Shown one piece after another: positions 26,941 to 36,325 of a stretch of DNA of 64,000 nucleotides. The notes beneath the pieces were generated by a model. That model worked only from the letters and a program-made list of their open reading frames with translations, was not told the DNA's origin and made no database searches. The stretch covers positions 24,567-88,566 of the forward strand of contig CAYGVT010000017.1 in the NCBI GenBank assembly GCA_964353355.1, written 5' to 3'. Every line of letters starts with the position of its first letter. Positions within the stretch are counted from its first letter, which is position 1. Source of the DNA: an uncultured Thermoplasmata archaeon. Lineage in GTDB: Archaea > Thermoplasmatota > DTKX01 > GCA-020343715. Made by a program: the position numbers and the translations under genes.

Positions 26941-29900
26941 CCTCCTCCTCCTGGCATCGAATGGGGCGTCGCCCCCGGACGGGAAGGGCGATGTCCGCGA
27001 AGTCACCGGCGCACCCGCTGGGGGCACCGTACCTGCGGCCTGGTGGGGTGCGGGAACGGATAGCTGCATAGGACCCATGTGGGACCAGAACGGGCTCACG
27101 TTCATGGACGGCACGGGCACCTCGGCCACCACTGGCGATCCCTTCGCCTTCAACCTGACGGTGGAGGGCGGCGATGGGGTGCGGAACGTCCGTGTTGTTC
27201 ACTGGTTCGGTAATCGCACCGCAGAGGCTCGCAACGAATCGATGACAGCGGTCGACATCGACGCGGGTGGTAATGGCACCTATGGCCACGACGGCCTCGT
27301 CGTCCCCTCGGACTCGCTGGCGCCCATCGGCTACTCGTTCGCGGCCATGGCACCGAACGGCACATGGGCCTCCACGCCCCCCAGGTCCATCGAGGTGATC
27401 GACAACGACCTACCCATGTTCGGACAGGACCTCTCGGACGCCGAGATGCTCACGGGCAGGAATGTGCGGCTGGCAACCGAGGTCCAGGACAACATCGGCG
27501 TGGACGAGGTCTGGGTGATGTACAACACAACCCAGCCGCCAGTGTTCCCCTATCCGACGATGGTCGAGGAGAGCCCAGGGGTGTGGAGCTACGACGATAT
27601 CGCCCTCCCCATCGACTCGCTCGCGACATTCCACTACAAGTTCATCGCGATAGACACGAGCGGTGGGGTCCAGCACTCGGCGGAAAAGTCCAAGGTCCCG
27701 ATTGATGTGGTCGCTCCCTCCATCGTTGCCGACCGCACGGGCGAGTGCGTGAAGGGCATAGCCACCAACATCACGGTGGAGGCCGAGGACAACATCGCCG
27801 TCGCATCCGCACACGTCACATACTGGCTCGGCGGGACGATGGTCGGGGACAACCTGACGATGGTTTCCAGGGGGTTGGGCATCTTCAGCATCGGGGTCGA
27901 GGTCCCGCGCCATCCGACGGGGCAGCTCACCTACATCGTCAACGTCACCGACGGCCGGTCATGGGCCACTGGGCCGATGTGGAACAGGACGCCCGTGAAC
28001 AAGCCCCCGGAGGTGCAGGGGCTCCTTGAATGGCGGGTCACCGAGGGCATCTATGACGCCTTCGACCTCTCCACGCGCATCGTCGACCCGAACGACCCCC
28101 TCTCCGCCATCACGGTCACATGCTCCGCGCCCAACATCGACGTGGACGGTCTCGTCCTCCATGCCCGTTACGACGTGCCCATCCCGGACCATCTGTTCGA
28201 CATCAACGTGTCGGACGGGGAGGACGTGACCCGCGCCCAAGTGTGGGTACACATCCTGAAGATGAACGACCCGCCAGTGTTCACCAGCATACCCCCGACG
28301 GGCGGCCAGGTCAACGTGACGTACTCCTACCAGGTCGCATACACCGACGAGGAGCGCGAGGACACCCACACCTTCTCGCTCGCCGCAAGGCCCGATGGCA
28401 TGACGGTGGACGCGAACGGCCTCGTCACCTGGCGGCCCACGCGGACCCAGCACGATTACCAGGAAGTCAGCCTTACGATATCGGACAGCGAGGCGATGGT
28501 CCACCAGAGATGGACAATATTCGTGACCCCCGAGCCCAAGCCCAAGAACCAGGCCCCTGTGTTCAAGGGCTCGCCCCCGAGGGCGGCGCAGGTGGGAACG
28601 GAGTACAGCTGGGACGCCGAGGCGACCGACGCCGATACGGAGGACACGCTCTACTTCCACCTCCTCACGGGCCCGGCCAACTGCTCCTTCGACAACCGTA
28701 CAGGCATGCTCAGATGGACACCTTCGTTCCCCGGGAATAATGTCTCGGTCGACGTGCCCTTCGAGCTCGAGGTCACCGATGGGTACGACCATGTGAGGCT
28801 GCCCTTCGTGGTGAGGGTCAGGAGCCTACAGGACGCACCGCCATCGATCATCGGCACGATGGACGACGTGACCATCACGGGCCCGTGGAGGACGGGGCTC
28901 TCGGAGCACATGAGCGACCCGGACGATTCCGTTGCGAACCTCACGTGGCGCATCGAGGTCAGCGACCCGGAGCTGCTGTCCGCGACAGTGGAGCTCGGGA
29001 AGCTCGTTCTGCGGCCAATGGTAGGTCGCCAGGGGAAGGCGGAGATCGTGCTCTACCTCGAGGACCCTTCGGGTCTCTATGACACCGTGACGTTCGATGT
29101 GCGGGTGGTGGAGGACGGGCCTGCCATCCCGGCGTGGCTTCTCGTGGTCCTCGCCGTCGTGCTCCTATTCATCCTAGCTGGCGGATTGAGCATGAGGCGC
29201 TCCGCCAGGAGGGAGGCCGCGCTCAGGGCGGCCGAGCGCGGCGAGGTCATCGCCGAGGTCGAGGAGGCACCAGCGGCGCGCGCGAAGGGCTCGGCCAAGC
29301 CCTCCTACATCGTAGAGGAGGTCCTCGTCGTCTACCGCGACGGGCGCCTCATCGTGGATTGCGCGCGCGAGGAGTGCCGCACGAAGGACGCCGACCTGAT
29401 GTCGGGCATGCTCATCACCATCCAGGGCATCATCCAAGACGGGCTAGAGCGCGGCGGGGAGCTCGAGAGCATCAAGTACGGCGACAACACCATTGTCATG
29501 GCCTGCGGCGACCACATCAACGTCGCGACCGTCATCTACGGCGAGCCGGACGGCGAGCTGAGGGACAGGGTCGAGAGGATGCTCGCGAGGGTGGAGGGCT
29601 CCTTCGCGGGCGTCATCGAGGAGTGGACGGGCGACCTCGCGGTCTTCAAGGGGATCGACGGGATGGTCGCGCCCATCCTCAAGCCGACGGCCGGGCTCAC
29701 GCGCGCGGACATCCAGAAGACGGGGGCCTACGTCGACGTCACGCTCCTTAGCGCGGTGGACTTCCACCGCGGCTACGTGCGGCTCAAGGTCGCGACGCTC
29801 AACGCGACCAAGGACGTAATCCTGGACGCGGCCGTGGAGGTGCGGTACGACCCGGACATGCTAAGGCTCGAGCGCATCGACCCGTCCACCATCAAGCTCA

Positions 29901-30577
29901 GGGGCGACCGCGCGACGCTAGGCAACGTCAAGCCCGGCGAGAAGAAGACGGTCGCGTTCCTGTTCGACCCGCAGATATGCCAGGAGACGCACATCGACGG
30001 CACGCTCACCTACTACGACACCAAGGGCGAGCTGCAGCGCCTCGAGATGAAGCGCCGCCAGGCCGACGTCGTCTGCCCGATATTCTTCACGAAGGAGCAC
30101 GCCAACACCGCGATGCTGAGGCGGCTCATCAAGGAGAAGCTGGACCAGTCCGACGTGCGCCTGTTCACCTACACCAAGGACCTCTCGCCCGAGGTCGCGC
30201 TGGTCCTCGGCAAGTCCGTCGCGGGCGGGGACAACGTGCAGCTCGTGCGCGAGTTCGTGGTCGAGGGCCCGCCCTTCGAGGCCGAGGTGTGGTACTACGG
30301 CGAGACCAAGGCGAAGGGCTACCAGATGGTCATGCGCCTGTCGGTCCTCGACGAGAAGAAGGCCATCGAGTTCTTCGCGGCCTCGACGGCGATGGAGCCC
30401 GTGACGGGCCTGCTCGCGGAGTTCCGACGGGACCTCGAGCAAATGCTCGAGGAGAAGTACGCGGGGACGGTCAAGGTGCAGACGGTCCGCGACGAGGTGC
30501 TCAAGCGCGAGCTCGAGCTGCGGCAGCTGTTCCTGTTCACGTTCGGGGAGAGGGAGGACCAGGGTCAGGCCGGCTAG
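26660..30577 (+). CDS. large receptor-like surface protein: signal peptide, N-terminal domain shared with the two SBBP/FN3 giants, cadherin-like/He_PIG domains, TM helix, cytoplasmic roadblock/LC7-like domain and ~250-aa C-terminal domain
   Basis: 1305 aa, GTG start. N-terminus MRKTVMVGVLAVLLALPTLVSLP...FLTENLGPVDNPEVRFYAQGDSLSVG. TM WLLVVLAVVLLFILAGGL. Cytoplasmic SYIVEEVLVVYRDGRLIVDC...DADLMSGMLITIQGIIQDGLERGGELESIKYGDNTIVMACG matches 14896-16149. Confidence 0.85.
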   Translation: MRKTVMVGVLAVLLALPTLVSLPQGAPADGQSSDGARVVPRTTAPDLAEVSGMFHGLPGFLTENLGPVDNPEVRFYAQGDSLSVGLPRDGLIITLLLLASNGASPPDGKGDVREVTGAPAGGTVPAAWWGAGTDSCIGPMWDQNGLTFMDGTGTSATTGDPFAFNLTVEGGDGVRNVRVVHWFGNRTAEARNESMTAVDIDAGGNGTYGHDGLVVPSDSLAPIGYSFAAMAPNGTWASTPPRSIEVIDNDLPMFGQDLSDAEMLTGRNVRLATEVQDNIGVDEVWVMYNTTQPPVFPYPTMVEESPGVWSYDDIALPIDSLATFHYKFIAIDTSGGVQHSAEKSKVPIDVVAPSIVADRTGECVKGIATNITVEAEDNIAVASAHVTYWLGGTMVGDNLTMVSRGLGIFSIGVEVPRHPTGQLTYIVNVTDGRSWATGPMWNRTPVNKPPEVQGLLEWRVTEGIYDAFDLSTRIVDPNDPLSAITVTCSAPNIDVDGLVLHARYDVPIPDHLFDINVSDGEDVTRAQVWVHILKMNDPPVFTSIPPTGGQVNVTYSYQVAYTDEEREDTHTFSLAARPDGMTVDANGLVTWRPTRTQHDYQEVSLTISDSEAMVHQRWTIFVTPEPKPKNQAPVFKGSPPRAAQVGTEYSWDAEATDADTEDTLYFHLLTGPANCSFDNRTGMLRWTPSFPGNNVSVDVPFELEVTDGYDHVRLPFVVRVRSLQDAPPSIIGTMDDVTITGPWRTGLSEHMSDPDDSVANLTWRIEVSDPELLSATVELGKLVLRPMVGRQGKAEIVLYLEDPSGLYDTVTFDVRVVEDGPAIPAWLLVVLAVVLLFILAGGLSMRRSARREAALRAAERGEVIAEVEEAPAARAKGSAKPSYIVEEVLVVYRDGRLIVDCAREECRTKDADLMSGMLITIQGIIQDGLERGGELESIKYGDNTIVMACGDHINVATVIYGEPDGELRDRVERMLARVEGSFAGVIEEWTGDLAVFKGIDGMVAPILKPTAGLTRADIQKTGAYVDVTLLSAVDFHRGYVRLKVATLNATKDVILDAAVEVRYDPDMLRLERIDPSTIKLRGDRATLGNVKPGEKKTVAFLFDPQICQETHIDGTLTYYDTKGELQRLEMKRRQADVVCPIFFTKEHANTAMLRRLIKEKLDQSDVRLFTYTKDLSPEVALVLGKSVAGGDNVQLVREFVVEGPPFEAEVWYYGETKAKGYQMVMRLSVLDEKKAIEFFAASTAMEPVTGLLAEFRRDLEQMLEEKYAGTVKVQTVRDEVLKRELELRQLFLFTFGEREDQGQAG

Positions 30578-30732
30578 GGCCAAGGGACGGGCGAAGGGGC
30601 GGAACGAGGTGTCGAGCTCGCGCCGGCTCTAGCAGGAGAACCGCACCAACGCGCCGTGTGACGCCCACGACCAGACGCAATCGTAGCCTTTAAGAACCCC
30701 CCGACCATGCCTTCTCCCGGCGGTGCGTCGCG

Positions 30733-31668
30733 ATGATAGTCACCGAGGGGTTGACGAAGCGCTTCGGCAAGCTCGTCGCCGTCGACGGGCTCGGCATCCA
30801 CGTCCGCGAGGGCGATATCTACGGCTTCCTCGGCCCCAACGGCGCAGGCAAGACGACGACCATCCGCATGCTCGCGACGCTGCTCCGGCCCACGGCCGGC
30901 ACCGCGCGCGTGATGGGGCACGACATCGTCGACGACCCCAACGCCGTCCGGAGGCTCATCGGCTTCATGCCAGAGCGGCCGGGCTTCTACGAGGAGATGC
31001 GCGCGCGGGACCTCCTGCGGTTCTACGGCCGGTTCTACCGCATCCCCCGCGCGCGGCTCGACGCGCGCATCGAGGAGCTCAGCCATCTCGTCGGGCTCGA
31101 GCGGTTCACCGACGCGAGGGTCAAGGGCTACTCGCACGGCATGCGCAAGCGGCTCGCCATCGCGGCCGCGATGCTGCACGAGCCCCGCATCCTCGTCCTC
31201 GACGAGCCCTCGACCGGCCTGGACCCCAAGGGCGTGATGGAGTTCCGCGAGATGCTGCGCGCGCTCCAGGCGCAGGGCTACACCATCTTCCTCTCCTCGC
31301 ACGTGCTGCCCGAGGTCCAGCAGCTGTGCAACCGCGTGGGCATCCTGAGGAGGGGCAAGCTCGTCGCGGAGGACTCCATCGACGCGCTCACCGCGCGCCT
31401 CAAGGCCCGCACCAAGTCCCGCCTGACCGTGCGCGCGTCCGGGGTGACGGACGCGTTGCTCGCATCGTTGCGGGCGGTGCCCGGGGTCGTCTCGGCCGAC
31501 CGCGCCGAGTGGGGCGTGATGGTGCTCGCCGAGCCCTCGGCCGACGTGCCCGCTGACGTGAACGGGGCCCTTGTCAGGGGCGGCGCACGGGTGAGCACCC
31601 TCTTCGCGCAGGAGCCCACGCTCGAGGACGTCTTCCTTGATGTGACCGGAGGTGAGGGCGGTGTCTGA
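30733..31668 (+). CDS. ABC transporter ATP-binding protein (ABC-2/CcmA-like)
   Basis: Walker [10 protein letters not shown], signature [15 protein letters not shown], Walker [14 protein letters not shown]-loop SSHVL. TATA-like CCTTTAAGAA at 30687-30696. Confidence 0.9.
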   Translation: MIVTEGLTKRFGKLVAVDGLGIHVREGDIYGFLGPNGAGKTTTIRMLATLLRPTAGTARVMGHDIVDDPNAVRRLIGFMPERPGFYEEMRARDLLRFYGRFYRIPRARLDARIEELSHLVGLERFTDARVKGYSHGMRKRLAIAAAMLHEPRILVLDEPSTGLDPKGVMEFREMLRALQAQGYTIFLSSHVLPEVQQLCNRVGILRRGKLVAEDSIDALTARLKARTKSRLTVRASGVTDALLASLRAVPGVVSADRAEWGVMVLAEPSADVPADVNGALVRGGARVSTLFAQEPTLEDVFLDVTGGEGGV

Positions 31669-33151
31669 TGCGATGGGGCCATCGGCTGCCTCGCGTGAGG
31701 TCCCTCACACCGCATCACCATCATCGAACGGGTTCATGCTCCACCTCAAGGAGGACCTGTGGGGCGCCTCCGTCATCGCGTGGAGGGAGCTTTGGTCGAA
31801 CCTGAGGTCCGTGAGGACGCTCGTCATGGTGCTCCTGCTAGCGCTCATCTTCCTGGGCGCGTCGTCCGGCTTCTCTAGCCTCTCGCAGGACGAGGGCGGG
31901 ATCGGGGCCGAGGAGTCCTACTCCTACTTAGTCATCGCGATGGACCCGGACGCGCACCTCGACGACCTGGTCGTCCACGTGTACCGAACCCCCACGTTCG
32001 CGCCCGTCGCGGGCCGGAACGTGAGCCTCGCCTACGAGAGCGAGCTCGACCCCAGGTTGACGGACACGACCGACGGGCAGGGCGTCGCCGTGCTGCGGAA
32101 CCTGACGACCGCCGTCCACATCCTGCGCGTGGAGCTGCGGCAGGAGGGCGGCGGTCCCCGCGGCGCCGGGGGGCCGCAGAGCTCCCAGGTCTTCGTCGGG
32201 GGGCAGGACTGGTACCACCCCCTGCTCTACATCGACGTGGGCTCGACCGACCTGGACTCAGACAACTGGGACGACGACATGGTGGCCTGGGTCGTGGACT
32301 CGAACGCCACCCCCGTCGCGGGCGCGGATGTCACGTTGAACGAGGTCATCTCGGCCACCACGGACGCGAGCGGCGTGGCACGGTTCGAGGACGTGAAGGA
32401 GGGAGAGTACAGCGTCAACGCGACGGCGAACGGCCTCCAAGGGCACAGCACCATCGGCCACGAGCCCACGGAGCAGAGGAGCGGCGTGTTCTTCTTCGCG
32501 CTCGAGGGCCCGGACCAGGTGCTCAACCTCGTGGCCCAGATCGCAATCGGGATGCTGGGGCCCATCTACGTCATCGCGATGTGCTTCGACACCATCTCGC
32601 GCGAGAAGCTCTCGGGCTCCATCGACTACCTCGTCTCGAGGCCGATGGGCCGGCGCGCGGTCGTCGCGGGCAAGTGGGCGGGCGTGGTCGCGGCCATCAT
32701 GATGCCCATCATGCTCGTGTCGATGGCGGGCGTGTGGATAATCGCGAGGTCCTCGGACAGGTCGCCGTCGGGCGACGTGGTGGTCGGGTTCCTGGTGTAC
32801 ACGTTCCTGCTCGTCGGCGTGTTCGCGCTCCTGCAGATGCTGTTCTCGACGCTCGCCAAGACCACGGGCACGGCCGTGCTGAGCGGCGTGGGCCTGTGGA
32901 TATTCTTCTTCATGCTCTTCAGCATCATCATCGTGCTCCTGGACGCGTACACCGACCTGAGCAGCGCGGCGCTCCGGAACGCGAGCTACCTGAACCCCGT
33001 GGACCTCTATGCGCTCTCCATGCAGGGTGCCGTCGCGGGGGAGCTCTCGGGCGGCATGCCCACGTGGGCGCCGCCGGTGGCCCTGGTGGTGTGGATGCTC
33101 GTGATGGCGGCGGTGACGACGGAGGTCTTCAGGCGGAGGGCCACCGAGTGA
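31652..33151 (+). CDS. ABC-2 type transporter permease with large extracytoplasmic insert (CarbopepD_reg-like beta-sandwich repeats)
   Basis: Overlaps ATPase stop. N-terminal TM LVMVLLLALIFLGASSG. Insert with TDGQGVAVLRNL and TDASGVARFEDVKEGEYSV motifs. Five C-terminal TM helices. Exact start ambiguous (31652 or a downstream Met). Confidence 0.75.
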   Translation: MRAVSDAMGPSAASREVPHTASPSSNGFMLHLKEDLWGASVIAWRELWSNLRSVRTLVMVLLLALIFLGASSGFSSLSQDEGGIGAEESYSYLVIAMDPDAHLDDLVVHVYRTPTFAPVAGRNVSLAYESELDPRLTDTTDGQGVAVLRNLTTAVHILRVELRQEGGGPRGAGGPQSSQVFVGGQDWYHPLLYIDVGSTDLDSDNWDDDMVAWVVDSNATPVAGADVTLNEVISATTDASGVARFEDVKEGEYSVNATANGLQGHSTIGHEPTEQRSGVFFFALEGPDQVLNLVAQIAIGMLGPIYVIAMCFDTISREKLSGSIDYLVSRPMGRRAVVAGKWAGVVAAIMMPIMLVSMAGVWIIARSSDRSPSGDVVVGFLVYTFLLVGVFALLQMLFSTLAKTTGTAVLSGVGLWIFFFMLFSIIIVLLDAYTDLSSAALRNASYLNPVDLYALSMQGAVAGELSGGMPTWAPPVALVVWMLVMAAVTTEVFRRRATE

Positions 33152-33242
33152 TGCCAGCGCACGCCAGGGGACACCATCCAGCGCATTATCGGGGAAAGCC
33201 TTTATAGAACCCAGGTCATAGTCACCGGGGCCAGGCCAGACC

Positions 33243-36200
33243 ATGGAATCCCCACCCCGGCCGCAAAGGTTCGCGACCGCGCTCGCGGTCCTAGCCATGC
33301 TCGCCCTCCCGAGCATGGCCACCATGCTGGCGGGCACCGACGGGGCCGGCATCGCGTCCGCCTGGGGGCCCCCCGAGGACCCCGTCTACTCCCACCTCCT
33401 GGTCGTGGCCCCGCGCGACTGGCACGACGCCATCGAGCCCCTCATGACGTGGCGCGAGCGCACCTCCAACGCGGAGCCGCACTTCCTGGCGCTGGAGGAC
33501 GCCTACGCGAACGGCACCGGCCTGGACGGCCCGGCGCGCATCAGAGACGCCATCGCAAGGGCGGTCGCGGCCAACGGGCCCCTCAAGGCCCTCCTCCTCG
33601 TGGGCGACGGCGGCGTCGTCCCCGTGCGCCGCGTGTTCGTGGACATCACAGGGTCCGGCGATGCGTCCGACCCCCTCAACCTCAGGTGGACCGACGACTA
33701 CTACGTCGTGGGCGGCGAGCGGACGTGGGACAGGGACGGCGACGGGAACTACGGCGAGGACGGCGAGGTGCTCGAGGAGGTCGCGCAGGCCTACACCTTC
33801 GGCACGCCCCCCGTGGGCCGCATCCCCGCCACGAGCTCGGTGCAGGTGTCCCAGTTCGTCACCAAGTTGCTCGCATACGAGCGCTCCCCGCCCGAGGGCG
33901 ACTGGTACCGCCGGGCGCTGCTGGTCAGCGGCCTCATGGACGTCCCGAACGTGCTGGACAACCCGTACACGCCCGACGTCGACGGCGGGTACGACCCCGC
34001 CTCCGACAACGCCTACGAGTCGCACGAGCTGCTCAGGGCGGCGCTGGGCGGCGGATGGAACGTGACTTGGCTCTACGACTACCCCTACCGCGAGGGCGGG
34101 CGGTGGAACCTCTCCTTGGACACCCTCGACCACGGGCGCCTCGTCGAGGCGTTCGACCGGGGCAACGCGCTCGTCTCCATGAACGCGCACGGCTACACGG
34201 ACGCGACCGGCATCTCGCACTACAACGGCACGGGCGTCACCAACTACTGGTGGGACTGGAGCACCGCCTACGACTGGCGCGACGCTGACCGGGCCGCCAA
34301 CGGCGCCATGCTGCCGTGGGCGTTCATCGCCGCGTGCTACGTGGGCGACGTGTCGCTGCCCGGCGACAGGACCCTCGGGAGGCTCGTGCTCAACCCCGAT
34401 GGCGGTGCCGTGGGCATGGTCGCCGGCAACGGCGAGAACTACAAGGGCGAGTTCGAGTACAACGGCTCGTACGGCAACTGGTGGATCGAGCGCGCGTACT
34501 GGTCGTTCTACCTCGGGGAGTGGGGCGTGAGCGGCCCCGGGGCCGCGCTCGTGGCGACGAAGTCGTCCTACCTCGACATGGTCACGGACGGTGGCGCGCC
34601 TCGCACGCCGCTGCTCGACGCCTACACCGCCGCCGACTACCTCAGCTACAACCTTCTCGGCGACCCGCTCACGAACGTGTGGAGGGACGCGCCCGGTCGC
34701 ATGCGCGTGGAGGCCGTCGAGGACGACGGCCGGCTCTGGGCGGAGTACGGCATCGACGCCGTGAGGCTCCGCATCATCGACGACGCGGGCGCGCCCGTGC
34801 CCTACGCCCTGGTCGATGCGAGGTGGGCAGGTGGCTCTGCACGAGCGAACGGGGGCACCGATGGCTGGTACGGCCTCGATGTCCCCATCGACGCGGGCGA
34901 GCTCGACATCGTCGTGTGGCGGTACGGTCTCGTGCCCGTCGAGCTCAGGGTGCCAAGGCCCGTGACGGCACTCGACATGGAGGTCTCCGAGGTCCGGTGG
35001 TGGACCCCGGACGGCGAGCTGTACGGCCCCCCCGGCTCCAGCGAGACCGTCGACATCACCGCGATCATCGAGTCCCACGGCCGTTACGAGTACAACCAGA
35101 CCCGCGTGCGGTTCCAGGCGAGCTACGAGGGCGGGCCGTCCATCACGCTCGCCCCCGACGCGTGGGTCGGCATCGAGGGCTTCGGCCAGGCCGCCGCGCA
35201 CAAGACGTGGCTGCCCCCACACGCGCCCGGTGGATGGCGCCTGCGGGTCCAGGTCGACCCCGGGGGCATGCCCGATGCCAACGGGTCCAACAACGCAGTG
35301 GAGATGGACCTGTCCGTCAAGGGCCCGCCGCAGTGGGCGGGTATCCCAAGGAACGTCACCATCGACTGCCGCGGCACCCCGGGCGGCACGCTTGCCCTCG
35401 CGCCCTACCTGAAGGACCCGGACACGCCCCTGGACGGGCTGCGCGTGGAGGCGACCGTCATCGGGCTGGCCGCCTTGAAGGTGCGGCTCGACGTGGGCCC
35501 TGGCCTGTCGCTCAATCTCAACCCACTGCCAGGTGCACCTGGCTCATTCGAAATGCGCCTGGAGGTCACGGACGGGACCTACAACGCGTCAACAATCTTG
35601 CACGTCCGGCTCCTGAGGGACACACCATCGGTGAGGCTCGTCTCCCCGGGTCCCGTCGAGGTGCACGTCGGCGCGACCGCGAGCGGCGCGGTGCGCATCG
35701 AGCCCGTCGACGGGGGCGACGCCTCGGGCGTCTCGCTCATCGCCGAGGGGGGGCCCCAGGGCCTCCTACTGGACCCGTTCACGGGCGCGTTCACGTTCAC
35801 GCCCGCCGTCGCGGGCGAGAACATCATGACGGTACGGGCGGTCTACGACCCGGGCGACGGCAACGCGACGGTCGCCATCGCGAGCACGACCCTGGTCCTA
35901 CGCGCCACGAGCGCGACGGACCTGCCGCCAGGGCCCGTCGGCTGGACCCGGGTGCGGGCGGCCGCGGGCTCGACGGCCACGGTGCGGTTGCAGGCTGTCG
36001 ACCCCGAGGACGGCGTGGTGACCTTCGCGCTCGCGGCCCCTGGCGGTCCGCTGCGCCCGACCGTCTCCGCGGATGGCCTCGTCACGCTTGACCTGGCCGA
36101 CGCTGACACTGGTGACTACACGTTGGAGCTCGTGCTGTCCGACGGCAACAGGAGCGTGACCGTGCCCCTCGAGGTGGAGGTCACCCCGGCCCCCGGTGGG

Positions 36201-36317
36201 GCCGGCGGCACGGGCTACGGGCCCTACCTGGTGCTGGGCGCGGTGGCCTTCCTGGTGGCCGCGGTCGTGTGGCGCGCGCGTACGCTGCGGCGCGGGCGCG
36301 CCCCATCCAAACCGTAA
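33243..36317 (+). CDS. secreted peptidase C25 (gingipain-like cysteine peptidase) with C-terminal Ig-like domains and TM anchor
   Basis: Signal peptide ALAVLAMLALPSMA. C25 motifs HLLVVAPRDW, LLLVGDGGVVPV, PPVGRIPATSSVQVSQFVTKLLAYE, catalytic His context SMNAHGYTD and Cys context FIAACYVGD. C-terminal TM LVLGAVAFLVAAVVW plus basic tail. TATA-like CCTTTATAGAACCC at 33199-33212. Confidence 0.8.
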   Translation: MESPPRPQRFATALAVLAMLALPSMATMLAGTDGAGIASAWGPPEDPVYSHLLVVAPRDWHDAIEPLMTWRERTSNAEPHFLALEDAYANGTGLDGPARIRDAIARAVAANGPLKALLLVGDGGVVPVRRVFVDITGSGDASDPLNLRWTDDYYVVGGERTWDRDGDGNYGEDGEVLEEVAQAYTFGTPPVGRIPATSSVQVSQFVTKLLAYERSPPEGDWYRRALLVSGLMDVPNVLDNPYTPDVDGGYDPASDNAYESHELLRAALGGGWNVTWLYDYPYREGGRWNLSLDTLDHGRLVEAFDRGNALVSMNAHGYTDATGISHYNGTGVTNYWWDWSTAYDWRDADRAANGAMLPWAFIAACYVGDVSLPGDRTLGRLVLNPDGGAVGMVAGNGENYKGEFEYNGSYGNWWIERAYWSFYLGEWGVSGPGAALVATKSSYLDMVTDGGAPRTPLLDAYTAADYLSYNLLGDPLTNVWRDAPGRMRVEAVEDDGRLWAEYGIDAVRLRIIDDAGAPVPYALVDARWAGGSARANGGTDGWYGLDVPIDAGELDIVVWRYGLVPVELRVPRPVTALDMEVSEVRWWTPDGELYGPPGSSETVDITAIIESHGRYEYNQTRVRFQASYEGGPSITLAPDAWVGIEGFGQAAAHKTWLPPHAPGGWRLRVQVDPGGMPDANGSNNAVEMDLSVKGPPQWAGIPRNVTIDCRGTPGGTLALAPYLKDPDTPLDGLRVEATVIGLAALKVRLDVGPGLSLNLNPLPGAPGSFEMRLEVTDGTYNASTILHVRLLRDTPSVRLVSPGPVEVHVGATASGAVRIEPVDGGDASGVSLIAEGGPQGLLLDPFTGAFTFTPAVAGENIMTVRAVYDPGDGNATVAIASTTLVLRATSATDLPPGPVGWTRVRAAAGSTATVRLQAVDPEDGVVTFALAAPGGPLRPTVSADGLVTLDLADADTGDYTLELVLSDGNRSVTVPLEVEVTPAPGGAGGTGYGPYLVLGAVAFLVAAVVWRARTLRRGRAPSKP

Positions 36318-36325
36318 AATCGGCC

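Noticed and set aside
30723-31556. 277-aa ORF in alternative frame of the ABC ATPase gene
   Set aside because: Arg-rich translation; 30733-31668 frame has Walker A/B and ABC signature
33291-35222. 643-aa minus-strand ORF
   Set aside because: Antisense to the C25 peptidase gene, which has diagnostic catalytic motifs; low-complexity Arg/Val/Gly composition
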